Below are positions 9,836-20,405 of a DNA stretch of 64,000 bases, piece after piece. The stretch is from Paramoeba atlantica. Taxonomy: Eukaryota > Protista > Discosea. The position numbers were made by a program, and so were the translations under genes. The DNA lies in contig CDRNVI010000044.1 in NCBI GenBank assembly GCA_977017575.1, positions 186,001 to 250,000 of the forward strand, written 5' to 3'. Each line of letters opens with the position of its first letter. The first letter of the stretch is position 1. The notes under the pieces are model-generated. The model did no database searches. It saw nothing but the letters and a program-made list of their open reading frames with translations, and was not told where the DNA came from.

Positions 9836-10888
9836 ATGTGCGGTACAAGAACTAATCGTATACGTAACGGGATTTTCATCATAATTGTTATCGCATTTCT
9901 CTGTGGTCACCACAATATTTTTATTTATTGCGCATCCAAGTTTAGGAGGCCCTCACAATACGTGTATTCATGGCAAGAATCATGTTCGTCGACTGCTCCA
10001 AAGACGACGCACGTTGCACGACTGAAAAGCTCTATGCTTCAGATTAGACGCCTCAACGCGAAAGACGCCGAGTCTAGTACAGAGCCTGCCGAGGCGCTTT
10101 TGAGCTCATTGAATGAGAATGCCACGACAAATATAGTTTCCTGGCCGCGTACTGAACTAGAAGAACATGACCAGTCCATAAATAAGACTATACCTGTACC
10201 ACGAAAAAGGCATAGTAATTTATGCAAAGTGGACCGAGATTCATATACTGATGACAAGCCACATCCGCGACATTACTTTGGAGATTTTATGGGGTATATC
10301 GCAACAGTAATATTTCTTTTACAGCCTGTTCCCCAAATAGCGTTAAATCGCTCACGCGGGAGCGTACGTGGTTATAGCTCTCTGGCTGTTGGCATTAAAA
10401 TGCTCGGCGCTTCATTTCTAATGACGAATTACATCGTCCTTCGTGAACGCTTACCGACCCGTGTCTACGCGGTCATATGTGTAGTACAGCTTCTTATTTT
10501 ATTGATTCAGGCTGCTTTATATGAAAGGCGTCGGTTGTATCTTTACTTTTGCTGTACCCCCGTCCCTTGTTGGTGGCTGGCTACTTTCTACCCGAGTACA
10601 ATGACATATAGCACATGGTTGAAACCAATAACTCAAATAGTGGCACATTTCCCCGTATTAGCGACCTGCATCCGTGAACGCAGCATGAAGGGAATCAGCT
10701 TTTTATCTATTCACTGTAACGCCTTGGGGGGCATGTGCGGACTCCTTATGTGCACTCTTGTTGAACTGAAGAGTCCATATACAACGACACTTATCTATTT
10801 TAACTCTTTACTACAAGCACTCACGTTGTACGCCCTAATTCCGTTGTACGGAAATAATGAACTAGAGCCATTGGTCCATGACATTTGA
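9836..10888 (+). CDS. PQ-loop repeat membrane protein with an N-terminal extension
   Basis: FLLQPVPQIALNRSRGSVRGYS and a degenerate second repeat (HFPVLATCIRERSMKGISF); multiple TM segments; pyrimidine tract upstream at ~9575-9635. Confidence 0.7.
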   Translation: MCGTRTNRIRNGIFIIIVIAFLCGHHNIFIYCASKFRRPSQYVYSWQESCSSTAPKTTHVARLKSSMLQIRRLNAKDAESSTEPAEALLSSLNENATTNIVSWPRTELEEHDQSINKTIPVPRKRHSNLCKVDRDSYTDDKPHPRHYFGDFMGYIATVIFLLQPVPQIALNRSRGSVRGYSSLAVGIKMLGASFLMTNYIVLRERLPTRVYAVICVVQLLILLIQAALYERRRLYLYFCCTPVPCWWLATFYPSTMTYSTWLKPITQIVAHFPVLATCIRERSMKGISFLSIHCNALGGMCGLLMCTLVELKSPYTTTLIYFNSLLQALTLYALIPLYGNNELEPLVHDI

Positions 10889-11058
10889 GCCCTATTCAAG
10901 AGTTTTTCACTGAAAGTATTTCAGCTTGATGCAAGATATTAAGATGTTAAGATATCAGACACCATCATGATAGAATTTCATAGAATCTATAGCATAGAGT
11001 TTGAATAAATACAAAGAGATGATTATTAATGACGTAGCGGCGCCCATAAAAGACTGAA

Positions 11059-12252
11059 ATGCAACCGCTTGTCGGTTCCTCTTGGCTTCACGAGTACAAC
11101 GACCATATCATAAACGATGTACTCCATCAGGTCCGTACATTGTCGCTGCACAAAAATTTCGGAATTGAAAAAATCAGCACTATCGCAGATCGTCTTTTTG
11201 AGCTTGAAGAAGTTTGGAGAGAAAAAAGCAATAACATTCGTTCACTGACACGGTTCATGCCGCTTCATACGATGTACCGCGAGACTCAAGAGGCAAACAG
11301 TAGCACCGAAGGCGAACTACACCAAGAAAACGCTTCACTTGCAGCACCTGATCCCAGCACATCATCAATGTCAGCGAAGGCTTCGCAAACATCAAGAAAC
11401 GTGCTAACCTTCAGTGATTTTATTCCTGTAATGCCCTTCATTGTAGTGAATGAGTGCCGATGCATGCAAAAGATGAATCAAAATCATATCCGTTCTCATA
11501 CAGGTGCGCCTACTAATTTCGAAAGAAAGGGAGTCAGAAAAAAAATCCCTCGAATCTCTTCCACGAAGGCGTCCTCCGATGTCTCGATGGAAGCCTTAAT
11601 GCAAGATGCACTGACCTCATCCGAGAATCCTGTTGAAGAACTTGGCGAAGAGGGACGGGAAACGAATCAAAATGAATCCAATAGTGACTGCGCACCCGTT
11701 TACGATGCCACAAACGCAGAAGCAGAGATAGGCGGCGAACATACAGAAATTCCCTCCCATCCCTCTCCTGACCTTTGCTTTACCAAAATAGATGAGACCA
11801 CTCCCATTGATTTTGATACCCCAGTGGACGCTACTTTATCCATGTTTGTTGATCAGGCCGGAATCCAATACTGGAGTTCACCCGATAGCGATGTGAACAA
11901 ATTAACGACCAAGGAGGTCATGGATGATTTATCGGGAGAGGCTCCCTATTGGTCTTCTCGAGTGCGCTCGTCGTCGACATTGGCTTCTACTACGATGACG
12001 ACTCATCGTCACAATCCTTTGGCGAATGCAATTCACTCCGTGCTGGTCGGGAAAATGAAAAATGTCCCGCTCGGGAGCTTCCAGGTTGGTCCCGCTGTCC
12101 TACGGATCACGCAAGGCCGATACCGGTCCGCAGGGGAGCAGCAGGGGGATGGAGGAGGTGACGCCGTGTCCCGTACTGTACAACCCGTACAAACGTGCTG
12201 TGGGGATTACTATCTGAAAAGAATGGAACTGCATCTAGTCAATATGGGGTGA
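11059..12252 (+). CDS. Putative TFIIA large (alpha/beta, TOA1-like) subunit
   Basis: N-terminal IINDVLHQVR...LFELEEVWREK resembles the TFIIA-alpha helices; long acidic linker; C-terminal SVLVGKM...GDYYLKR resembles the TFIIA-beta strands. Confidence 0.5.
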   Translation: MQPLVGSSWLHEYNDHIINDVLHQVRTLSLHKNFGIEKISTIADRLFELEEVWREKSNNIRSLTRFMPLHTMYRETQEANSSTEGELHQENASLAAPDPSTSSMSAKASQTSRNVLTFSDFIPVMPFIVVNECRCMQKMNQNHIRSHTGAPTNFERKGVRKKIPRISSTKASSDVSMEALMQDALTSSENPVEELGEEGRETNQNESNSDCAPVYDATNAEAEIGGEHTEIPSHPSPDLCFTKIDETTPIDFDTPVDATLSMFVDQAGIQYWSSPDSDVNKLTTKEVMDDLSGEAPYWSSRVRSSSTLASTTMTTHRHNPLANAIHSVLVGKMKNVPLGSFQVGPAVLRITQGRYRSAGEQQGDGGGDAVSRTVQPVQTCCGDYYLKRMELHLVNMG

Positions 12253-12487
12253 AGGAATCGATTACGGCTTTGTAATGACGAAAATGTACTAGAACTTAAT
12301 TCGCGCGGTGGAGCATTTCATAAACGATCGAGACAAAGATACACATATGCTTCAATGATAATTAATCTTTTTGATTATCATCTTGCTGCCTAGTTAACTG
12401 CAAACGTTCTTCTCCCTGTCTGACTTTACCACATAGTAAAATATACTTTAGAATATGTTGCCCGCGTAGAAGTGGGTCGTCCACGTC

Positions 12488-12939
12488 CTAATACTTATAA
12501 TAATAAGTAGGGCCCATATACCCAGGACTGCATCCTGGGTCTCTGTTGAGGTAATAACAAGATGACGGGCCATAAGTAACTGTGGGTACCCACTGTTGTC
12601 ACACAAGAAGAATTTTGGGACGACGGTCCTGGAAAATATTGCGACCAACCGCATCCTGTGCCTGCGAGAGCATAAAAGTATTCCTGGGGATGTCCGTAAT
12701 AACCGCTCCGCCGGGCAAGTCCAGGTGGGGGTAGGCGCGCCATGTCCGTATACCGTCGGAGCGTTAATATACGGGTACCAATTACGCATTTCTTCGCTGT
12801 TCAGAAAACCTTGGGCCCCTGTATTGTTCGGGTTTGATGGCGGATAGTAGAATGGAGTGTACTCGTATGTAGGGAAGCCCGCGCGTTGTTGAAAATTCCG
12901 CTGTTCTGCATCGTAGGATGCGTACGTATTGCGTTTCAA
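12488..12939 (-). pseudogene. Tyr/Pro/Gly-rich ORF on the minus strand, split by two +1 frameshifts
   Basis: Three consecutive frames carry the same composition: YEYTPFYYPPSNP...GAPTP / PPGLARRSGYYGHPQEYFY...PGPSSQNSSC / QQWVPTVTYGPSSCYYLNRDPGCSPGYMGPTYYYKY*. Confidence 0.45.
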
Positions 12940-13269
12940 ACGGGAAAAAAAATTTCAAACACAATTACACGTAAAAAGATTCTACAGAAATTCCTATTAA
13001 AATATCTTTTAGGTGTGAACAGTTTAATACCAGAATGCAATTACCTGCTAAAGCATTCTTCGCCTTTGGGTATTCCAATTAACACTCACACCGGAATCAC
13101 TATTCCTAGAGTTTCAGTAATAGAAAAAATATGCCTAGTCGCATTGCAGCTCATTGTCGTGAATTTCCCAGAGTCTAGGCAGTCTAATAGACGTTTGTTG
13201 TCCAATGTTACCTTATGCTCATTTGTTGCCTTCTTATTCTTTACTTTTTTCTACTAGATTGAGACAGAA

Positions 13270-15318
13270 ATGAGTCGGCGAGAGCGTCGCTTGGCGTCCA
13301 GAGTGAAAGATCTGGAGATTAAGGAAAATGGGGTATGGGGCGAAAAATCGAGCGTTGAGTTAACACCTACTTTGGGTTCCGAAAACGAATGTAAAAGTGC
13401 GGCCGAGGCTCTGGCTTCCGCAGTTGACTACAAAATTTCAGCAAACTCAGAGGTCGCTGATCTGTATTCTCTGACTTTTGAAGCCGCAACTCCTGGCCCA
13501 AACGAAAGAAACATTTTAGCCCATCATGTGAACTGCAGCATCCTTGGAAAAACTCTCTTTCGGGATGCACAAATAAATTTCACGAGCGGCAATCGCTATG
13601 GACTTATGGGCCCTAATGGACGAGGCAAATCCTCACTTCTGCGTTTAATCGAACAGCGTCGGTTTCCCGTAGGTTCGAAGCTACAAGTTCTTCTCGTGGA
13701 ACAGGAACAAGAGATCCAAGCGTTGGATACCCCCGCCATCGAGGTTGTTCTGCAATCGGACAAAAAGAGATCGCTGTACCTTGCCGAGGTTGAGGAGTTA
13801 GAGAAAAAAGAGCATCCCACCGAAGAGGAGCATCGGCGGTTGTTGGAACTTCAGGAAGAGTTGGACGCAATGGGTACCGACGTCGCCGAGAGCCGGGCGC
13901 GACGTATTCTCTACGGTTTAGGCTTTCCCGCGGAGTGGCAGGAGTATCCCACGCGACAATTTAGTGGGGGATGGCGGAAGCGTATTTCCCTCGCGTGCGC
14001 AGTTTTTATGGAACCCGACTTTTTAATGTTGGATGAGCCGACTAATCATCTGGATTTGAATGCTGTGATGTGGCTCCAGACGTATTTACCCAAGGTGTAT
14101 CACAGCGCCGGGAGAAACCCAAAGACAGTGGTCGTCGTAAGCCATGATGTGGAGTTCCTGGATGCGGTGTGCACGCACATGGCCCACATTGATGAGTGTA
14201 AGCTCTCAGTGTATAATGGAGGCTACTACGATTTCGTCAGCGCCCTCCAAGCTAAGCGACGTGAATATGACAACAAATACGAGAAAGTGAAAAAGGAGGT
14301 GCGCGCGATGAAAAAGCAGCAACACCTGAGTCAGAAGCAGGTGAATACGATATTCGAAAGCCGCGCGCGGAAAACTGGACGCGAAGTTCATCAAGTGCTT
14401 CTAGAGCGTCGTCGTGACTACGTGGTGAACTTTCCCTTCCCCGACCCTCCCCCACGAAGGGACACGGACTGCTTAGTTCGCCTCTCGGAGGTATCGTTCT
14501 CCTACCCCAACTGTCCAGACCTGTTTCGAGAGGTCAGCATGGCATTATGGAGTGACAGTCGCATTACGGTTGTAGGTCCCAACGGAGTAGGCAAGACGAC
14601 GCTTCTCAATTTAATTGATGGCACACTTGCCCCCACCTCCGGATTTGTAGAACGCACCCGGAATGTTACCATTGGTCGATATAATCAGCACTTTGTGGAC
14701 AGCCTACCGCTAGACAAGACAGCCGTGGAGCTGATGTTTAGTTTAGGGTTCATACATGAACATGAAGCCCGGCAACGTCTGGGTAGTTTTGGTCTGGAAG
14801 GCGTCTCACACCATAAAAAATTGGATGCGCTAAGTGGGGGGCAAAAGGCTCGAGTTGCATTGGCCGCCATTAGTACGCAGAGGCCCCATCTTCTTTTGCT
14901 CGATGAGCCCACGAACCATCTTGATATGGAGAGCATCAATGCACTGGTTGAGGCGATCAATCGCTACAAGGGTGGGATTTTAGTTGTAACGCATGACGCG
15001 CGACTCATACTCGAAACAGATATGAAACTCTGGTTAGTGAGTGATAAAAACTGTACTCCGTACAAAGGTACTCTCGAAGACTACAAAGAATACGTCCTCG
15101 AGCTTTTGCAAGAGGAAGAGGAAGTTAGAGAGAAGGAAAGGCTACGCAAGAAAGAACTTAGGCAAAGCGAAAAAAACACTTGCGCTGTGCAGAACCCTTT
15201 AGGCAAGGTGAAAATCGTTGATAAGGTTACCATTCCTGCACCACCAGAGAAAACGAAGAACAGTTCCTTGGGCTCTTTGTTTAAGAAGTTAGATAAAAAG
15301 AAAAAAGAGAAGTCATGA
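13270..15318 (+). CDS. ABC-F family ATPase (soluble, two NBDs)
   Basis: Walker A GPNGRGKS and GPNGVGKT; signatures FSGGW and LSGGQ; Walker B LMLDEPTNHLD and LLLDEPTNHLD; no TM domain. Confidence 0.93.
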   Translation: MSRRERRLASRVKDLEIKENGVWGEKSSVELTPTLGSENECKSAAEALASAVDYKISANSEVADLYSLTFEAATPGPNERNILAHHVNCSILGKTLFRDAQINFTSGNRYGLMGPNGRGKSSLLRLIEQRRFPVGSKLQVLLVEQEQEIQALDTPAIEVVLQSDKKRSLYLAEVEELEKKEHPTEEEHRRLLELQEELDAMGTDVAESRARRILYGLGFPAEWQEYPTRQFSGGWRKRISLACAVFMEPDFLMLDEPTNHLDLNAVMWLQTYLPKVYHSAGRNPKTVVVVSHDVEFLDAVCTHMAHIDECKLSVYNGGYYDFVSALQAKRREYDNKYEKVKKEVRAMKKQQHLSQKQVNTIFESRARKTGREVHQVLLERRRDYVVNFPFPDPPPRRDTDCLVRLSEVSFSYPNCPDLFREVSMALWSDSRITVVGPNGVGKTTLLNLIDGTLAPTSGFVERTRNVTIGRYNQHFVDSLPLDKTAVELMFSLGFIHEHEARQRLGSFGLEGVSHHKKLDALSGGQKARVALAAISTQRPHLLLLDEPTNHLDMESINALVEAINRYKGGILVVTHDARLILETDMKLWLVSDKNCTPYKGTLEDYKEYVLELLQEEEEVREKERLRKKELRQSEKNTCAVQNPLGKVKIVDKVTIPAPPEKTKNSSLGSLFKKLDKKKKEKS

Positions 15319-15493
15319 TTTTCTCAATCTTACCTGTCTCATTAAACAATCACGATATTTGGCTTCACGTATCGCAAAGCAATATTCTTCCTATTATGTC
15401 AATCCATTCAGACCTTTTGGTTCCCCCGTTCTAGTGTTTTATCTATTAGATCGTAAGGTATTTTTATACGGTGTACTTGTACTTCATGAAGCG

Positions 15494-17584
15494 ATGTCTT
15501 TTGTAGCGGGTGGTATAGGAAGTAGTGCACAAGACGCTGTGCGTCGTTCCCAGGAGGAAGATGAAAAACGTGTTGTGCCAATGACTGTAACAATGGAGAA
15601 CTTGCATCGCTCTGTCGAGGAACCCAGGCGTAAAGTGTCACGACTCATTAGAAAACCCAAGTTGCGCCCCGATCAGCCAGAAGAGATTGAACGAGTGAAG
15701 AATATTCTCCTTGCCCGACACTCTTATGGGGCACAAAGCTCTTCCGGGACTGTATCAAGGATCCAGGGAGCAAGAGCTATTTCAACAGTCCCATCACGTT
15801 CTGTGCACGCTGCCTATCTTGGAGACTCTTCTTTGACAGACTTAGCGAGTAGTCCGCAGCGACGGGTGAAAAGTACTTTGTTGCCCTCGAAATCTTCGAA
15901 ACAACCTTCAAGACCAGATGCGCTGTCCGAAAAATCTTTTGAAACTCGAAGAAAGGATCGTGACAAAAGAGGAGACGAATATGATCAACATGACGTGTTG
16001 TTAGGGACGGAAAAGCCATCTGAAGAATCCTTTGAAGAAAAATCTACGGAAGAGGCAGCACTGGACACTGTCCCAGACGAAGTACACACGACAAGTCCGT
16101 CTTTAGGAGCAGAATTCTTGATAAGAAAAGGGGTCGAGCCTATGAGAACGAGCGATACACCTCAGCACGATATTTCTGTTCAACCTACCAAGCAGTCTAA
16201 GACTTCAAGGTTCCTCCCATCAAAAGCTTTGCTTACTCGAATCAAACATGAAGTGAGACGGATATTCGACGATGATGCTGTCTCGCCGCAATCATTTTGG
16301 AATAGAACGCTGTTTCTGGGTTCGATTTTTATGATAATCATGTCGACGGTCGTCCTTCTACTTGAGAGTACCCCACAATACTACATGGCTGCGTCGCAGG
16401 GTCAACCTCCATGGCACCAGCTTGAATGTTTCTTGGTTGCATATTTTTTGGTCGAACTATCCGTACGAGTCTGGGCCACTCCACACCGCCTCCGTTTCTT
16501 TACTCACTCTATGTGGAATATCATTGACTTGTTTGCTATACTCCCATCTCTTATAGGTTATCTCCTGTCCCACTGGAGTCTTTTATTTCGATTTCCCCTT
16601 TTTCGCGCGCTTCGTGTCCTACGTGTGATTCGCGCCATGCGTCACATTCCAGGCCTACACGTTATCTTTCTTGCCATATCCCACAGCCGTTCCCTTCTTT
16701 TTCTTGCTCCCCTGCAGCTCTTCAGTCTTGCCTTGTTCTTTAGCTTGCTACTTTTTCATACTGAATGTCAATACTCCGTGTTTGACTCGGAACGTCAAGC
16801 TTGGTTGAGGCCCAATGGTTCTAGCCCTGGGTTAGATTGTTATGTCCTATCCCCATTTCAGAGTGCATTTCACTCCCTTTGGTGGTCCTTGGCCACATTG
16901 CTCACGGTCGGGTACGGGGATGAATTACCTATTTCTTCCCCCGGAAAGCTGCTTTCTTTGATTGCCATGATCGTCGGGGTAGTGCTGTTAGCCATCCCGA
17001 GTAGTATTATCTCATTTAATTTTATTCAGTTGTACGAGCGAAAATCGGAGAGCGTCCCGACACCTAGATTGGGGAATCTTCCTTCGCTGGAAGTCAAAGG
17101 TGAAAATTCAGCTACTGAATCGAATACACAAAAGAGTGCAGATGCTGTAAACCTTAATGGAGCATCGCAGGAGGACGTGCGCTCAAGAGAAGGAGGTTGC
17201 AGTCGTCTTCATGCCCCTACAGTGGAGGAGGAAGTGATCTCTCTTTTGCACACCTTAATGGAGCAGCGTTTCATATCTCCATCCAAGTTTGTATCGTTTC
17301 TGACTTTATTGTGTGACAATCGCTCACACGGAGATATCATTACGACGTATCTTGCATCTCAGCTTACCAACAAAGACCCAAACTCTCAGGTGAGAGTGTC
17401 GGGTATCCCTCAAAATGGTGTAAGCAATGTCCTGCAAAGTATCAATACAAGTAACTCTGAGAAAAATCTTATTGGAAAAAGGATTCGTTCACAATCGACT
17501 TGTTCCAATACTCCGAAATCGAGTCTGCATTTTCTTCGGGGAGCCAATGAACTTCTTTACCACATAGAGTCACGCGCACCTTGA
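15494..17584 (+). CDS. 6-TM voltage-gated potassium channel
   Basis: Selectivity filter TVGYGD, S4 RALRVLRVIRAMRH, S2/S3 FLVELSVR and IIDLFAILP. First plausible ATG at 15494. Confidence 0.9.
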   Translation: MSFVAGGIGSSAQDAVRRSQEEDEKRVVPMTVTMENLHRSVEEPRRKVSRLIRKPKLRPDQPEEIERVKNILLARHSYGAQSSSGTVSRIQGARAISTVPSRSVHAAYLGDSSLTDLASSPQRRVKSTLLPSKSSKQPSRPDALSEKSFETRRKDRDKRGDEYDQHDVLLGTEKPSEESFEEKSTEEAALDTVPDEVHTTSPSLGAEFLIRKGVEPMRTSDTPQHDISVQPTKQSKTSRFLPSKALLTRIKHEVRRIFDDDAVSPQSFWNRTLFLGSIFMIIMSTVVLLLESTPQYYMAASQGQPPWHQLECFLVAYFLVELSVRVWATPHRLRFFTHSMWNIIDLFAILPSLIGYLLSHWSLLFRFPLFRALRVLRVIRAMRHIPGLHVIFLAISHSRSLLFLAPLQLFSLALFFSLLLFHTECQYSVFDSERQAWLRPNGSSPGLDCYVLSPFQSAFHSLWWSLATLLTVGYGDELPISSPGKLLSLIAMIVGVVLLAIPSSIISFNFIQLYERKSESVPTPRLGNLPSLEVKGENSATESNTQKSADAVNLNGASQEDVRSREGGCSRLHAPTVEEEVISLLHTLMEQRFISPSKFVSFLTLLCDNRSHGDIITTYLASQLTNKDPNSQVRVSGIPQNGVSNVLQSINTSNSEKNLIGKRIRSQSTCSNTPKSSLHFLRGANELLYHIESRAP

Positions 17585-17872
17585 ATACCGTCGAAGTCTT
17601 GACAACGTGAAGGATACCAAGCTGCAGTACGCTTGCAGTGTAATACCGAGCTAAGTACAAAAGATAATGTTTTTCTCAGTCGCATTACTATTATTGCACT
17701 ACAATTAATTTGTTTTGAAGAAAAAATGAAATTGTATTTTGCCATCAACGCCATATTTGACCTATGTTAAAGCAGTCTACTCAAATTACATGCAGTACTG
17801 TTTATTTGTGTCATTAAGTAGTCCATGTTTTATTCAGTGAACGGATAAGAGCGGTGTCATTTGGTCGGTAGA

Positions 17873-18769
17873 ATGCGCTCAAGCTCTCAGACAGGACGTG
17901 TCCTCTACCTTACATGGTTTGCATTGGCTATCTTTTGTGAAATGAGGCCCCGATTTCAAGATGGTGTTGGGAGTACCCATAGAAGGCGAAGTAAGAAAAG
18001 TGAGCCTGAGATAGCCGTTCCTTCGAGTTACGACAAAATTGTCGATGAACGCTTTTCACGAGGCACACATAAGAGCAAAAGAGGTATAAAGTTTCCAATT
18101 GGAAAAAGAACAGGAAAGACTTGGACCCAGAAATCACGATTATCGGCAGACCCGAATTGTACTCGCCTTGATAACCTTTCTCCCATACCCCACGTTGCGG
18201 ATCGAGACGACGCAGAATCTGCCTCTTCATGGGATCCTTCTTGTGTAAGAGCCCCTACCGAGGACAAACCTCTGATACGAGAAAATCCTCGTCATCACAC
18301 AATGAGAATAGGTTCGCAATCTAGCGCTTCACGGCCTCACAGTTTCCGCAGCTCAGAATCAAGACCTAGGAATCTTATGCACAACCCACCTGGAACCTCT
18401 TTTGCGTTCGACACCGAACGAAGTTACTTTCAAGGTTCAAGCTCTTGGTACGAGGCTTCAAAAACGGAGAACTCTTACCGGGAGCATCCACCGACTACAG
18501 AGTTCTATCCACTGCGCTATTTACCCGTGTCTGGGTCATCCTACTATACGGAGGAAAGGAACCATAAGCCCACACACTTGGATGACGAGATTGATACTTC
18601 CTGTTCATGTGGTCCTTGCAGCTTGGGATGCTGCTGTTTTATGTGTTGGGTGTCCTGGACATGCGCTATTTTAACAGCGTGTTCCGGAATTTTATGGCCT
18701 TTGAAAGCATTAGGAAAGATTTTATTCTGGACTGTGTACATTATTCTTGGAGCTTTTCAATCCAGGTAA
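17873..18769 (+). CDS. Hypothetical membrane protein with a Cys-rich C-terminal hydrophobic segment
   Basis: 299-aa ORF; N-terminal hydrophobic stretch, Ser/Arg-rich disordered middle, C-terminal CSCGPCSLGCCCFMCWVSWTC plus TM. Confidence 0.65.
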   Translation: MRSSSQTGRVLYLTWFALAIFCEMRPRFQDGVGSTHRRRSKKSEPEIAVPSSYDKIVDERFSRGTHKSKRGIKFPIGKRTGKTWTQKSRLSADPNCTRLDNLSPIPHVADRDDAESASSWDPSCVRAPTEDKPLIRENPRHHTMRIGSQSSASRPHSFRSSESRPRNLMHNPPGTSFAFDTERSYFQGSSSWYEASKTENSYREHPPTTEFYPLRYLPVSGSSYYTEERNHKPTHLDDEIDTSCSCGPCSLGCCCFMCWVSWTCAILTACSGILWPLKALGKILFWTVYIILGAFQSR

Positions 18770-19424
18770 TAATACTTAGTTGAGTGTCTACAGAGTTCGT
18801 TTCCGATAGGAAACTTGGGGAACTGAAAAGTGTGTATCAGTTACTCACAGTTCTCATGATGTATCTATGACAGTGCGCAAAACATTCCTACACATGCCTC
18901 TACAGCAATGCCTTCGAATTCGTATTTACAATTTACTAACCTGTTTGTCGTACGGTTCTGATGTTGCCTACATCGGTAGAATGCAGGTTTGGAGGCGATC
19001 GGAATACCACTGAAAGCTCGACTACCTGGGTAGAGACAATTCAATGTTAGAGTTTACTACTCAACAGCAGCACCAGCCCATGCATTTGCAATTCATTGAA
19101 TTGTAAAGCTGAATTTCAACGAGTCTTTCGTATTATTCATCACATGGCACATGTAGTGTGTGTTCGTCACATGGATGACTTTTAGAAATTTTGAGTACCG
19201 CATTTCTGCGTGCTTCACGTTGAAAACTACCTCCACGTTTAGTGGCACAGTCAGCGAAGACGACTGGATATTTCAAATGTGCCCTCGTCTTTTGGTCCAC
19301 GAAGCTCAAGAAACTTTTGACTAACACTATGGATAAGATGCGGAAAAATTCCTAATGACTCGATTCCTCTCCGAAGCTCAACATTCACCATTTTCTTTCT
19401 TACTGCAAAATACGTTTTTTTCGT

Positions 19425-20099
19425 ATGTTCTTCCTGCTTCACCTTTTTCTGTTTTTTAATCTCTGCTTACCCACTTACCTCGTCGGCTCGGTCGATTCCA
19501 CCATACGGCGCGCCACACCGGACGCCGAAGTCGGCCGTGAGCTGGAGAATACCACTGACGTCTCCGCAGACTACTCGGTCCTGTATGCTGACGAGGACCT
19601 GGAAGCCGATGTGTACGCAGAGAATTCATCACTACCTTTTTTGACCTATTGCTGCGGAATTTATTCTCTTTTTAGCGGTTCAACCCTTGGCTTGGCTTTC
19701 ATGAATCAGTGGAATGCGGTATGCTGGATATCTTCTACTGTGTTTGTTGCCATTGCAACCTTTGTCGACGCAATGGTGTCCGTCAGCCTCTTAGAGGAAT
19801 CGCATGAGGACGGTGTGTCACCATGCGGATGTGTTTCGCAGGAAACTGAGAATGGTATTCAACATGAAGCTGAGAAAATGGCGGATAATATTCGAGACGG
19901 AGTTCTGACTTACGGGGACTCGGAAATTGATGTGTACACGGCCATGCTGAATTTCTTGGCATATTGCGTTGGATTTGCTCCTCTGATGAGCATTTTGGCT
20001 CTTAGCGCAGCGTCAACACATCCGTATGTTGTGGGATGTTGTGTGTGTTATCTTTTTGTGTGTTCATGTATAGCACATCTGACCGATGATGGTTTTTAA
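19425..20099 (+). CDS. Hypothetical signal-peptide membrane protein, paralogous in part to 20406-21983
   Basis: Hydrophobic N-terminus; ~75-aa DVSADYSVLYADED...TYCCGIYS...NQW...DAM module; C-terminal TMs. Confidence 0.7.
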   Translation: MFFLLHLFLFFNLCLPTYLVGSVDSTIRRATPDAEVGRELENTTDVSADYSVLYADEDLEADVYAENSSLPFLTYCCGIYSLFSGSTLGLAFMNQWNAVCWISSTVFVAIATFVDAMVSVSLLEESHEDGVSPCGCVSQETENGIQHEAEKMADNIRDGVLTYGDSEIDVYTAMLNFLAYCVGFAPLMSILALSAASTHPYVVGCCVCYLFVCSCIAHLTDDGF

Positions 20100-20405
20100 A
20101 ATATCTGGTGAACTAAAAAGAAAAGTACAGAGTTTTCCCAACACAGAGCCGTTTGCCCCCGACAAGATATGGCTCCCTAGTTTCAGATTGTAGGTGCGTT
20201 GTGTTGATGCTGATGCTCGAAGCATCTGCGTCAACACAGAAGTAGTCTCTTTTGAAGGCACACACCCGACATGTCCTCATTTACTCTCCAATACTCTCTC
20301 TTTCTCACATTAAAATTTATCCGAATATTTATATGAATATCAAACAAAAAAGAGAACCGTTCTGCTTATTATTTTACAATCCTTTATTACCTTTCACACG
20401 CATCC

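Noticed and set aside
18856-18961. Possible C/D snoRNA (ATGATGT...CTGA) with ACTAACCTGT antisense to LSU ACAGGUUAGU
   Set aside because: The C box is imperfect, the 10-nt match is not adjacent to a D/D' box, and there is no terminal stem. Support is too weak without a scan.
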